Positions 1 through 9,918 of a DNA stretch of 64,000 nt are shown here, in pieces. The notes beneath the pieces were generated by a model. The model was not told where the DNA came from. It did no database searches and saw nothing but the letters and a program-made list of their open reading frames with translations. Location of the stretch: positions 448,001 through 512,000 of the forward strand of contig CP147779.1 in NCBI GenBank assembly GCA_037308085.1, in the 5' to 3' direction. Origin of the DNA: Promethearchaeati archaeon SRVP18_Atabeyarchaeia-1. GTDB taxonomy: Archaea > Asgardarchaeota > Atabeyarchaeia > Atabeyarchaeales > Atabeyarchaeaceae. A program made the translations under genes and the position numbers. Position 1 is the stretch's first letter. The number at the start of each line of letters is the position of its first letter.

Positions 1-40
1 AGGGGGAAACCCCACCGAGCGGATGTCTCGCCGGACCCAC
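1..40 (+). rRNA. Possible 3' end of 5S rRNA, cut by the window edge
   Basis: GGGG-GAAA-CCCC hairpin followed by GAGCGGATGTCTCGCCGGACCC resembles the 3' strand of 5S helices IV/V/I; too short to be sure. Confidence 0.3.
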
Positions 41-67
41 CACTTCTCCATCATCAACGAATAGTAG

Positions 68-144
68 GGGCCGGTAGCGCAGGCTGGAAGTGCGCCGGCT
101 TCGCAAGCCGGAGGTCGTGGGTTCAAATCCCACCCGGTCCACCA
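68..144 (+). tRNA. tRNA-Ala(CGC), intronless, CCA encoded
   Basis: GGGCCGG/CCGGTCC acceptor stem, anticodon loop TT-CGC-AA, GGTTCAAATCC T arm. Confidence 0.95.
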
Positions 145-189
145 AAAGCAGCCGCTCTCTTCTGCAACGAGAAAATTCCACCATAAAGC

Positions 190-197
190 TTATAATA
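190..197 (+). promoter_or_regulatory. Candidate TATA box for pre-16S
   Basis: TTATAATA with a purine-rich upstream stretch, about 270 nt before the 16S start. Confidence 0.4.
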
Positions 198-400
198 TGT
201 GCGACGCTCCTAGCGTAAACTTGCACAGGTTTTTCGCAGCGAATCCCGAATAGCGTCGACCCCAACAGCGGTTAAAAACCTGTGGATGAAGGGTTGTTTT
301 TCCACTGCGAAAAATCAGTGGCAGGCAGAAATGAGGACCCGAAAAAACCGACAGCACGGCTGCCGGAAATTTGGGCCTGATGTGGGCTCGAAGAAAAACC

Positions 401-446
401 CTGGAACCATGACATAAGTTAATCCCCCGAACAACATATTTGCGGC
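401..446 (+). other. 5' strand of the 16S processing stem with BHB
   Basis: AAC-CATG-aca-TAAG (405-418) pairs with CTTA-CATG-att-GTT (3133-3146), and also with a second copy near 4111-4121. Confidence 0.8.
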
Positions 447-809
447 TAATATAAACTCCCATGAAACCGGTTGATCCTGCCGGACCCAACCGCTATCGGA
501 GTGGGACTAAGCCATGCTAGTCGAGCGCCTCGGACTATGGCGAGGCGCGGCGTACGGCTCAGTAACACGTGGTTAACCTAACCTCCGGACGGGGATACCT
601 CCGGGAAACTGGAGCTAATACCCGATAGGTGAATAGTTCTGGAATGGCTTTTCACCCAAACGGCTTTGACACCATGTTTGCCAACGTCGCCAGAGGATGG
701 GACCGCGGCCGATTAGGCTGTTGGTGGGGTAACGGCTCACCAAACCGACAATCGGTACGGGCCGTGAGAGCGGTAGCCCGGAGATGGGGACTGAGACAAG
801 GCCCCAGGT

Positions 810-846
<37 letters not shown>

Positions 847-985
847 TGGAAACAGCGACGGGGCTACTCCGAGTGCCGTCCGCTAAGGGCGGCTTTTCCA
901 CAGTATAAAAAGCTGTGGGAATAAGGGGAGGGCAAGGCTGGTGCCAGCCGCCGCGGTAAAACCAGCTCCTCGAGTGGTTGGGATG

Positions 986-1016
<31 letters not shown>

Positions 1017-1198
1017 TTGTAAGTCCTTGGCTAAATCCGTCAGCCTAACTGACGGCGTGCTGAGGATACTGCTTGGCTTGGGGGCGAGAGAGGCTGAGGG
1101 TACTACTGGGGTAGGGGTGAAATCCTATAATCCCAGTAGGACCACCTGTGGCGAAGGCGTTCAGCTGGAGCGCGCCCGACGGTGAGGGACGAAAGCTA

Positions 1199-1232
<34 letters not shown>

Positions 1233-1333
1233 TAGCTGTAAACTATGCGGGCTAGGTGTTGGAGCGGCCACGTGCTGCTCCAGTGCCGAAGGGAAGCCGT
1301 TAAGCCCGCCGCCTGGGGAGTACGGCCGCAAGG

Positions 1334-1375
<42 letters not shown>

Positions 1376-1481
1376 AAGCCTGCGGTTTAATTGGACTCAA
1401 CGCCGGGAAACTTACCGGGGGCGACAGCAGAATGAAGGCCAGGTTGACGACCTTGCTTGACAAGCTGAGAGGTGGTGCATG

Positions 1482-2392
1482 AGGCCTTCAGGTCGTCCTA
1501 AAACTCTTCGCGGCTTCCTCTAACCTCTCTACGATGTGACTCATAGTCGTCTCTGTAGGAAGGCTGTTGACAAGTGTTGGCGAGGGAGTTCAAATGAACT
1601 CGCTTGTGCCTTTCTTAGGAGGGGATCATGACGATCGTTGACGACAAGAGGAAGTATGTTCTGGTCAAAACGAAGAGTCTTATCCGTCGTCTGCGCCAAC
1701 AAGACTGTGGGGCTCTGCAAGGAGTATACAGGCACGTTGATGACTTGGTTGAGTGGAATACCTTTCGAGACTGGGCGTATAGAGGCTGCTTCCGGATGCC
1801 TCTCAACGTGTTCGCAAGGTTGAAGAAGACATATGAGATCAAGGACGTGCCGCGAGTGGTCACAGAGACTCAATGGTACGCAGAGACACGCAAGAGAGCA
1901 GCAAGAATAATGCACGAACGCCACCCCCATAAGGAGTGGCTATCGCGAGCAGCGAAGGCTGGCGGTGAAGCTGTAAAAGCCAAGTACGGGATCAGGTATC
2001 TGACAAAACTCTCTGGATCTGCCATACATTCATCAGCCAGATACCGATACAAGGATGGATATGGAATAGAATACCGTAGCCGCCTGGAACTGCGGGTTGC
2101 GGATTTGCTGCGCAAACATGGATACAAATTCGATTATGAACCGGAGATAGATGGATACATCCCTGACTTCCTAATCAACCACACAATAATCGAGGTTAGC
2201 GGATACTTTCGCGACCACGATTATCTTTCAAGACTCCAGATCAAACTTGCAGACCTAACCACTAAGGGTTGGGATATCATCGTTGTATGTGAACCGCGAA
2301 ACAAAGCTGCTCTCCAGCAGGCGCTCGTAGGAATACGAGTCAAGGCAATTATGACAACGGATGAGTTCGGACGATGGCTGTAGGTCTGCGAA
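1482..2392 (+). mobile_element. 16S BHB intron 1 (911 nt, about E. coli 1057) carrying an endonuclease ORF
   Basis: Central helix TGCA/TGCG, bulges TG^A and AA^G; splicing gives GTGCATG|GCCGTCGTCAG. Confidence 0.93.
1628..2383 (+). CDS. Intron-encoded PD-(D/E)xK endonuclease (T7 endonuclease I/DUF559-like)
   Basis: YRSRLE...YEP...YIPDF...IIEVSG motif; stop codon lies in the intron's BHB stem. Confidence 0.75.
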   Translation: MTIVDDKRKYVLVKTKSLIRRLRQQDCGALQGVYRHVDDLVEWNTFRDWAYRGCFRMPLNVFARLKKTYEIKDVPRVVTETQWYAETRKRAARIMHERHPHKEWLSRAAKAGGEAVKAKYGIRYLTKLSGSAIHSSARYRYKDGYGIEYRSRLELRVADLLRKHGYKFDYEPEIDGYIPDFLINHTIIEVSGYFRDHDYLSRLQIKLADLTTKGWDIIVVCEPRNKAALQQALVGIRVKAIMTTDEFGRWL

Positions 2393-2741
2393 GCCGTCGT
2401 CAGTTCGTGCCGTGAGGTGTCCTGTCAAGTCAGGCAACGAACGAGACCCCTGCTTACAGTTGCTACCAGGCTTAGAAATGGGTCTGAGCACACTGTAGGG
2501 ACTGCCGGCGATAAGCTGGAGGAAGGAGGGGGCCACGGCAGGTCAGTATGCCCCGAATCCCCCGGGCCACACGCGGGCTGCAATGGTTGGGACAATGGGT
2601 TCCGACCCCGAAAGGGGAAGGTAATCCCGAAACCCAATCTCAGTTGGGATCGAGGGCTGCAACTCGCCCTCGTGAACATGGAATCCCTAGTAATCGCGCG
2701 TCATCATCGCGCGGTGAATACTGTCCCTGCTCCTTGCACAC

Positions 2742-2774
2742 ATCGTGTCTAGGAAGCGCTTAGCGCGAGTGTAG
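2742..2774 (+). other. 16S BHB intron 2 (33 nt, about E. coli 1397)
   Basis: Helix GCAC/GTGT, bulges AC^A and AG^A; splicing gives TGCACAC|ACCGCCC. Confidence 0.92.
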
Positions 2775-2849
2775 ACCGCCCGTCGCTCCACCCGAGTCGG
2801 GTTAGGGTGAGACGTAGCCTTTTTGGCCACGTCGAACCCAGGCTCGGCA

Positions 2850-2880
<31 letters not shown>

Positions 2881-3047
2881 AGACTCCGTAGGGGATGCTT
2901 GTGATTGTGATGGGGTGGCATCCGCCTTTTGCTTTGTATGCAACGACTTTGTTGCGGCTTGAGGTGTTCTCGTAGGTTCCGTGTTGCGCGTCTGATGTGT
3001 TTGGGATGCGTTTCCGAGGTTTCGTTTGTCTCCTTGGAGTCCGGTAA
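2881..3047 (+). other. 16S BHB intron 3 (167 nt, helix 45, about E. coli 1513)
   Basis: Helix GCCG/CGGT, stem GACTCC/GGAGTC, bulges TA^A and AA^G; splicing gives GCCGTA|GGGGAACC. Confidence 0.92.
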
Positions 3048-3292
3048 GGGGAACCTGCGGCTGGATCACCTCCTATGAATCCCCACCCGTTAGGGTGGGG
3101 TTCTTCCGCCGCGATTGTTGCCGAGGGGTTGGCTTACATGATTGTTGTGGGGTTTCGAGCCCGCCTACCTGCTTCTCACTGCTCATTTTGTTTTCCTGGT
3201 TATCCGATTAGCCATGTTATTGTCTAGCATTTGCTTTCTCTTTTCTGGATGGCTTCGGATTCGGAAAGCTGGGCGTGTTACTGTAGTTGGTG

Positions 3293-4024
3293 ACCTTTAA
3301 TGTCATCATCCATGACTAGATGATTGTGAGCTACGAACTCCTTGAAGGGTGTGGGCTTTCTGGTTCAATTTGATAAGATTCTGTTGAGGACCGATCAGTC
3401 GGCGGAGGCAACTCCATCCATCTGCTATCTTGCAGGTACGTTCAGAGATGGTTGCATATCAACCCAGTGGCAGATCAAGATCAAGCAGAAATCGAGGCAG
3501 TATCTTCTCAATAAGATCATACCAATACTAAACCAAGAATCCAATCTCCATTTGACAGAGAGAGCCGTCTATTTGCAGGCTGACGCAAATAGGCGCTTTT
3601 ATGTCGCGTTCAAGAGAAAGAAGGCATGGGGGCAGCTCAGGAAAACTTTCAGCATCCCCCCAGACAGTGTAAGTTAGGGAACGCCGCCGTTCGTCAAAAA
3701 ACTAGACAAAGCCCTGTTGCGTTTCTATATACAGGGCTTCTTTGACGCTGAAGGTGGAGTGCCCCGTAACCCGATGAGCTCCAAATTGTACATCTCATTC
3801 ACCCAAAGAAACCGTGAATCCCTAGAGTTTCTAAGAAACAAGCTGTATTCCGAGTGGAATATTGTCTCGGGCAGGCTGAGGATTTCTGATAACAGGTCCC
3901 ACTGCTGGAGGTTCACGATTGCTGGGCTAGGCTCGATCAAACGATTCATGACAGAGATTGGAACGGAACATCCATCTAAGGAGAGAAGATTCACTATCAT
4001 TTCGAATCTGCTTAAAGGCTGGTA
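3293..4024 (+). mobile_element. LAGLIDADG-bearing BHB-type intron in a duplicated 16S helix 45 copy
   Basis: CCTTTAA(3294-3300)/TTAAAGG(4012-4018) stem, TTGG/CTGG central helix, bulges TG^A and TA^G; followed by a copy of the 16S last exon. Confidence 0.6.
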
Positions 4025-4025
4025 G
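3342..4025 (+). pseudogene. Double-motif LAGLIDADG homing endonuclease with one in-frame TAG (3675-3677)
   Basis: Motifs YLAGTFRDG and YIQGFFDAEG are in the same frame; the two ORF-track pieces are separated by a single TAG. Confidence 0.8.
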
Positions 4026-4142
4026 GGGAACCTGCGACTGGATCACCTCCTACGAAGTCCCGCCCAAATGGGCGGGCTTCCTTTCTGCCGCATGTGTTGT
4101 TTGGGATCAGCTTACATGATAGCCAACGGGTTTTGGAGCCTA
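4025..4142 (+). repeat. Diverged duplicate of the 16S 3' exon and trailer (copy of about 3048-3162)
   Basis: GGGGAACCTGCGACTGGATCACCTCCT, GC hairpin, CTTACATGAT processing site, GGGTTT..GAGCC. Confidence 0.9.
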
Positions 4143-4300
4143 CCGAATCTCGTCTTCTCTGATATTTCGTATTGTGTCCTCTGCTATTCCTGTAGGCGGA
4201 TTGTTGCACTCCGATGTGGCTTGGACAAGATCGAGCTAAGCTGGAAAGCAGCCAGTGAAGATGGTCTGGACTCTGCCGTATTTGCCGCGCGCGAGATCCT

Positions 4301-4969
4301 CTATTCGAAGTACACGAGAGCGAAAGCTGTTGCCATGACTGCCATTCCTACGATTAGCTGTCTGAGAGTGATGCGGGAGGCCAGTGCAACGAAGAGAACG
4401 CCAAAACCTATCATGCTGACGACTACTACAAAGTAAAACGGCCTGAGAATGTCGGGTTTTCCAATTCCATAACCAAATAGCGTCCCAGTTATGGAGTGTA
4501 TAATCAACCATAGCACACCGAGGAATATGAGGATCAGTCCGAGTCCCGCGGCGATCCCCCTTGCGCTCCCTCTTCGGCCCCATCCCCACTCGTTCCGCTT
4601 TCTTTCGTCGGGCTCAAGAAAATCTAGTCTCAACCGCGCATTCCCACCTCTGATCACTGTCAACACGAAATCATCCCTAATGATGATCTTGATGGGCGCC
4701 ATATATATGTAGAGCGGCATCTGGTCGGGTGGATCATCATAGTCCCTAGATAATTGAGAGAGAGAGAGAGAGCCATCAAGAAGGTCATTATGTTGTATGG
4801 AATGTGTCCGGGAAGAATCAGGGACAAACCTGCGGTGAAGGAACTCATAGAGCGAATTATGGTGGAGGCGGGCGATACAATAGACTGGCTCGATGAGCTC
4901 TGGGGAAAAAAGGCACCTAGATAGGCGCTGGTAGCGCTGGACATCCATGAATGCGTCCATGTCCGTCAC
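4301..4969 (-). CDS. Hypothetical membrane protein; true start probably downstream of the ORF-track start
   Basis: Three hydrophobic segments in the C-terminal ~95 aa. Confidence 0.45.
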   Translation of the reverse strand: MTDMDAFMDVQRYQRLSRCLFSPELIEPVYCIARLHHNSLYEFLHRRFVPDSSRTHSIQHNDLLDGSLSLSQLSRDYDDPPDQMPLYIYMAPIKIIIRDDFVLTVIRGGNARLRLDFLEPDERKRNEWGWGRRGSARGIAAGLGLILIFLGVLWLIIHSITGTLFGYGIGKPDILRPFYFVVVVSMIGFGVLFVALASRITLRQLIVGMAVMATAFALVYFE

Positions 4970-5400
4970 CCTTATTACAGCTTCAACTCATACCTGTACT
5001 AGGGGTGAGAGTGAGACACGGCGAAATGCCCGAGATGTGGAGAATGGATGAGAACTGAGACTCGAACTGAACCGCTTCTCGGATTGAGTAAGAAGCGTCC
5101 AGCGTTCCCTAGGACAAAAAGACGTGACGTGTGTCCGCATTGCCACTACAGCACCATGTGGATCTAGTCGTAATAGGTTGCGCCTCTCCGCGAGAATGCC
5201 CTAGGAGGGTGCGCCCTGTTTCCTGTTGTTGTCCTGGTCGTTTTTCGTTGGGGTGGCTTGCTTTCTGTTTGGGGCCTTTTCCTGTGTGTGGGGGTTGGTT
5301 CTTTTCGGTGGGGGCTTCTAGCCGAACATTATTTAAGCTTGTGGAAGCGAATGCTTTGTTTGGAATACTTGTCTTGGCGCAGATGGGAGGGTGTTTAGCT

Positions 5401-6036
5401 TTGGCTGCTGGTGGTCTGCATGAGGCTTTAAATAGGTGCCCCAGGTGTGGTGCTGGGATGGAGTATCTTGGGAGGTCGGTGGCGTATTTGGAGTCTGGAG
5501 GCATCTCCGCCTTGTTCGAGGTTTATGTGTGCAGCAGCTGTCTTACGGTGCAGTTGGTTTCTTTCGGTAACGAGAGGGCCTATCGAGATCTTGTCAGGAA
5601 AAATGTTGGGCCATCATCGTTTCTCAAGCCGTGCGTCAGCTGTGGGAGCAGGATTCCCATAGCGTCGGAGGAGTGCCAGTTCTGCGGATCAAAGCAGCCG
5701 CCTTGGGATGAGGCTAAGAGGGGGAGGACGCAGGCTGAGCAAGCCTTGATGCAGAAGCTGGCTGAAATTATGAGAAGGAAGGCTGACGCGCGACTGCAGG
5801 GTGCGGCGCTCTCTAGTGGAGGAGGTGAGTCTGCGCCCGAGTTGGAGGCGGCGCCTCAGATTGAGGTGAAAGAGAAGCCAGGAGAATGCATGGTCTGCCA
5901 TAGCCCAGTGCTGAAGAAGGATGATGTGATTACTTGCCCTCACTGTGGAGGCGTTGCCCACAGGGTTCATATGCTTGAGTGGCTGCATGTCAAAGGCACC
6001 TGCCCCGCGTGCCATCAGCCGATAGCCCATCCTTAG
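5401..6036 (+). CDS. Zinc-ribbon plus C-terminal RING-like finger protein
   Basis: Four CxxC pairs, then CMVC...CPHC...HRVH..EWL...TCPAC; GGAGGGTG SD before TTG 5401. Confidence 0.75.
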   Translation: MAAGGLHEALNRCPRCGAGMEYLGRSVAYLESGGISALFEVYVCSSCLTVQLVSFGNERAYRDLVRKNVGPSSFLKPCVSCGSRIPIASEECQFCGSKQPPWDEAKRGRTQAEQALMQKLAEIMRRKADARLQGAALSSGGGESAPELEAAPQIEVKEKPGECMVCHSPVLKKDDVITCPHCGGVAHRVHMLEWLHVKGTCPACHQPIAHP

Positions 6037-6183
6037 CTTGGGCTGCTCCACCCACAGTTGGCGGCGATGGCTGCCCTACCCATTAGTCCTTTGCCCTCTA
6101 TCTGCCAGCGACTTATAGAAACCTATAATTCTATCTGAAGTGACAACTTACCAGCAGAGAGTTCGCTGGAGAATGAATGTTAG

Positions 6184-6420
6184 ATGCCGAAGCCTAAGGT
6201 GTCAATAAAGTTTTGTGGTGTCTGAGGTTCGAGCGCTGTGACAAGGAAGCTTGTGTCGTCTGTGGTACCGGGTCTTAAGAGCAAGGCGGACGTGGAATTG
6301 GTCAGGAAGGATGGTGCGCATCCTGAGATTCTCGTTAACGGCAAGAAGCTGAAGGCTGACTACGGCGACTTTGAGTCTTTGAAGAAGTCTGTGATAGATG
6401 CTGTGGACAAGGCGAAGTAG
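6184..6420 (+). CDS. SelW/Rdx-like selenoprotein (CxxU)
   Basis: MPKPKVSIKFCGVU(TGA 6223-6225)GSSAV continues in frame into ORF 6238-6420; SECIS-like hairpin follows. Confidence 0.85.
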
Positions 6421-6434
6421 CTCGAACGCTGCGA

Positions 6435-6482
6435 CCCTGATGATTCCCGCTCGTAAAAGCTGCGAGGGGGCGGGATGAAGGG
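6435..6482 (+). promoter_or_regulatory. Eukaryote-type SECIS element in the 3' UTR
   Basis: CCCT/AGGG helix I, ATGA...TGA core, TCCCGCTC/GGGCGGGA helix II, apical AAAA. Confidence 0.75.
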
Positions 6483-7358
6483 AGGGACGCCCCCGCGAGG
6501 TTTCTCGCGGTCGTCATCAACCTAGTTTCATGTTGAGTAGGCACTTCTGTGTTTGGAGGCGCCGTGGCGCCGGTGTATTGTCTCTTTCTCTTGCTGACCG
6601 CAATACTTATAATGGGTTCACCGCACTATCTTTGAATTGCGGTAGAGAGATGGCTTTGCAGCTGTTACTCTATCGCCCTCATGATGAACTTGAGATGCAA
6701 CTCGGGAGGATTGTACAATTGGGCCTCTCGGGTGAAGGGCAAAGTGGGGATTCACATGGTTACCATCCTCACGATAATTGCCGTGCATAGGCTCCATCTG
6801 CTAGATCGTTCGTACGAGGAGAACCCAGGTATATCCAACACCAAACTGGACCAAGGTTATGAGTAAGGTCTGACATGCCTACGCCGCCTGGAGGATGGCT
6901 AGGCTTGGGCGCCGAGGAAGGCCGTGGCAAGCTGCGATAAGCCTCGGGTAGGCGCACGCTGCCTGCGATCCGAGGATTGCCGAATAGGACTTCCTGACTA
7001 AGGTCAATAACCTTAGTCGCTCCCGTCAGGGAGTGGGAACTCTCCGAAGGGAAGCATCTCAGTAGGAGAAGGAAAAGAAACTAACAAGGACTCCCTTATT
7101 AGCGGCGAGCGAAAGGGGAAAAGGGCAAACCGAATCCTGCAGGGAAACCTGCTGGAGATGTGGGGTTACAGGACCTAGCTTCCACCTCTTCGAGGAAGTT
7201 GAAAGACATGGAAATGTCTGCCTTAGAGGGTGATAGCCCCGTAAGCGCAACTCGAAAAGTGCAGGGCTGGGGATCCTGAGTACCGTGGACTGCTTACTCC
7301 GCGGGAATTTGGGAGCTACCGACTTCCAACCCTAAGTACGTCCCAAGTCCGATAGCGC

Positions 7359-7392
<34 letters not shown>

Positions 7393-8803
7393 GGAAGGGG
7401 GGTGAAAAGGGCCTGAAACCAGGCGGTTATAGACGAGCGCGGCCTGAAAGGGTAGAGTCTTCCCGAAGGAACCCGGGGTGACCCGGTAGTACGAGGGAAG
7501 AGGACCAGGGTTGCGCTATCCGTCTTGAAACACGGGCCGGGGAGTTCACGCTTGTGGCGAGCCTAAGGAGGTAAAGCTCCGTAAGCGAAGGGAAACCGAC
7601 ATGCCCGCAACCGGCTTAACTGTCGGCGAGGGGCGGGGTCTGAAAGGGCCTGGAGTCACATGCGTGGAACCCGAAGCTGGGCGATCTAGCCCTGGCTAGG
7701 ATGAAGCCAGACGAAAGTCTGGTGGAGGTCCGCAAGGGTGCTGACGTGCAACTCGCTCCCCTGAGCTGGGGCTAGGGGCAAAATACTAATCTAGCCCAGG
7801 GATAGCTGGTTCCCCCCGAAGTAGGTCGTAGCCTAGCCTGGCTGGAGGTTGCCGACGGGGTAGAGCACCGACTGGGGAGCAAGGGATCGAAAGATCCCAC
7901 TTTCCTATCGAACTCCGAACCTATCGGCGCCGTAGAAGGCCAGAGACGGGTGCCTAGGGATAAGCTCTTGGACCGAGAGGAGAACAATCCAGACCGGGGT
8001 TAAGGCCCCAAAGTGCCGGCTAAGTGTCAAACCGAAGGGCGTCCGCAGCCTCAGACAGCAGGAGAGTAGGCTTAGAAGCAGCCATCTCTCAAAAAGTGCG
8101 TAACAGCTTACCTGCCGAGGTTGTGGGCCCCGAAAATGGACGGGACTAAAGCCGGCCGCCGATACCCCGGGGCACGGTGTAGCACCGTGATCCGGTAGGG
8201 GGGCGTTGCGGTTGGGTCGAAGCTGAGCCGTGAGGTTCAGTGGACCGACTGGAAGTGACGATCCCGGCAGTAGTAACAACAAAGCCAGGTGAGACTCCTG
8301 GCCGCCGAAGGGGCTCGGGTTCCTCGGCAACGCGTCGTCAGCCGAGGGTTAGTCGATCCTAAGGCTAAGCTTAACTCGCTTTAGCCGAAAGGGAAACTGG
8401 TTTATATTCCAGTACCATGGAGGTACGATTGCGGCGACGCTAAGCTTGGTTCCTGACGCTTCCGGGTAGGTTGAGCAGGGTCTTCGCCCTGTTTAAGTGT
8501 ATAAGCCTAGGGAGGGCCGTAAAGGCGAGAACTAGGTGAAAGCACGAATAGCTGCCCGTTTAGGGCGGTTCAGCCGAGCTCAGGAGCCCGTGAAAAGGGA
8601 GCCAAGAAGGATCCTCCATGACCGTACCTAGAACCGACACAGGTGCCCCTAGGTGAGAAGCCTCAGGCGTGTCGGAATAAACTCGGGCAAGGGAATTCGG
8701 CAAATTAGCCCCGTAACTTAGGGATAAGGGGTGCCTGGAACCTTTAGCGTAAAAACTTGGGGTTCTAGGTCGCAGTGACTAGGGAGGCCTGACTGTTTAA
8801 TAA

Positions 8804-8836
8804 ACGGACGAAGGCACATGCCCTTCTCCGATTAAG
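8804..8836 (+). other. 23S BHB intron (33 nt, about E. coli 1784)
   Basis: Helix TAAT/ATTA, bulges AA^A and AG^A; splicing gives TTTAATAA|AAACATAG. Confidence 0.9.
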
Positions 8837-8964
8837 AAACATAGCTTCCCGCAAGCGCGTAAGCGTGTGTACGGGAGGTGAATCCTGGCCAGTGCAGGTA
8901 CGTTAAGCCTGGTTTCAACCGGGTGAAGCGCCTGTAAACGCCGGGAGTAACTATAACTCTCTTA

Positions 8965-9013
8965 ACAGGCTTTGGGGAGACAGTTCATGTGCTCTCCCCC
9001 CGGCCTGGGGGAA
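8965..9013 (+). other. 23S BHB intron (49 nt, about E. coli 1927)
   Basis: Helix CTCT/GGGG, stem CAGGC/GCCTG; splicing gives CTCTTA|AGGTAGC. Confidence 0.9.
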
Positions 9014-9579
9014 AGGTAGCCAAATGCCTTGTCGGACAAGTACCGACGTGCATGAATGGACCAACGAGGTCTCTACTGTCCCTGCCCGGGGGCCGGTGAA
9101 CCTACGTAACCTGGCGAACGGTCCAGGAACCCCCAAGGGGAAAAGAAGACCCCGTGGAGCTTTACTGCAGCTTGGTGCTGGGGTGCGGTTGCGGTTGCAG
9201 AGCGTAGTCGGGAGCCGTTAATACCAGTCCTTTAGGGGGCTGGCTAGGCGCCAATGCCACACCGACCTTCCATGACTGTATCCCTAACCGAGGGAAACCC
9301 CGAGACAACGCTAGGTGGGCAGTTCGGCTGGGGCGGCACGCCCTTGAAAAGGTATCAAGGGTGCCCAAAGGTCGGCTCAACCGAGACAGAAACTCGGCGT
9401 AGAGGGTAAGGCCAAAAGCCGGCCTGACTGAATCCTGAAAAGCAAAGGATGCAGAGGCGAAAGCCGGGCCTAACGATCCTTCATGTCCCTCTCGGTGAGG
9501 GCTGGAGGTGACAGAAAAGTTACCCCGGGGATAACAGAGTCGTCGCGGGCAAGAGCCCATATCGACCCCGCGGCTTGCT

Positions 9580-9611
9580 AGTTAGGAAGATTCGTTCTTC
9601 CTGACCGGGAG
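9580..9611 (+). other. 23S BHB intron (32 nt, about E. coli 2496)
   Basis: Helix CTTG/CGGG, stem GTTAGG/CCTGAC; splicing gives GCTTGCT|TCCTCGATGTCGG. Confidence 0.88.
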
Positions 9612-9670
9612 TCCTCGATGTCGGCTCTTCCCATCCTGGAGGTGCAGCAGCCTCCAAGGGTAGGGCTGTA

Positions 9671-9820
<150 letters not shown>

Positions 9821-9884
9821 ACAGGTCGGGTTTTATCTCTTGGGGGTGCAGGGTCGCCTGAAGGTAAGGTACCCTCAGTACGAG

Positions 9885-9918
9885 AGGGCTGGAGTGCTTT
9901 GTGCACCTGCTCCGTAAG
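9885..9918 (+). other. 23S BHB intron in the sarcin-ricin loop (34 nt)
   Basis: Helix TACG/CGTA, both bulges AG^A; splicing gives AGTACGAG|AGGAAC. Confidence 0.92.

Noticed and set aside
3675-3677. Pyrrolysine recoding of the TAG
   Set aside because: No pyl genes in the window and many genes end in TAG
4756-4926. (GA)n run and a + strand fragment resembling a nitronate monooxygenase C-terminus
   Set aside because: Short, no start codon, weak similarity by eye
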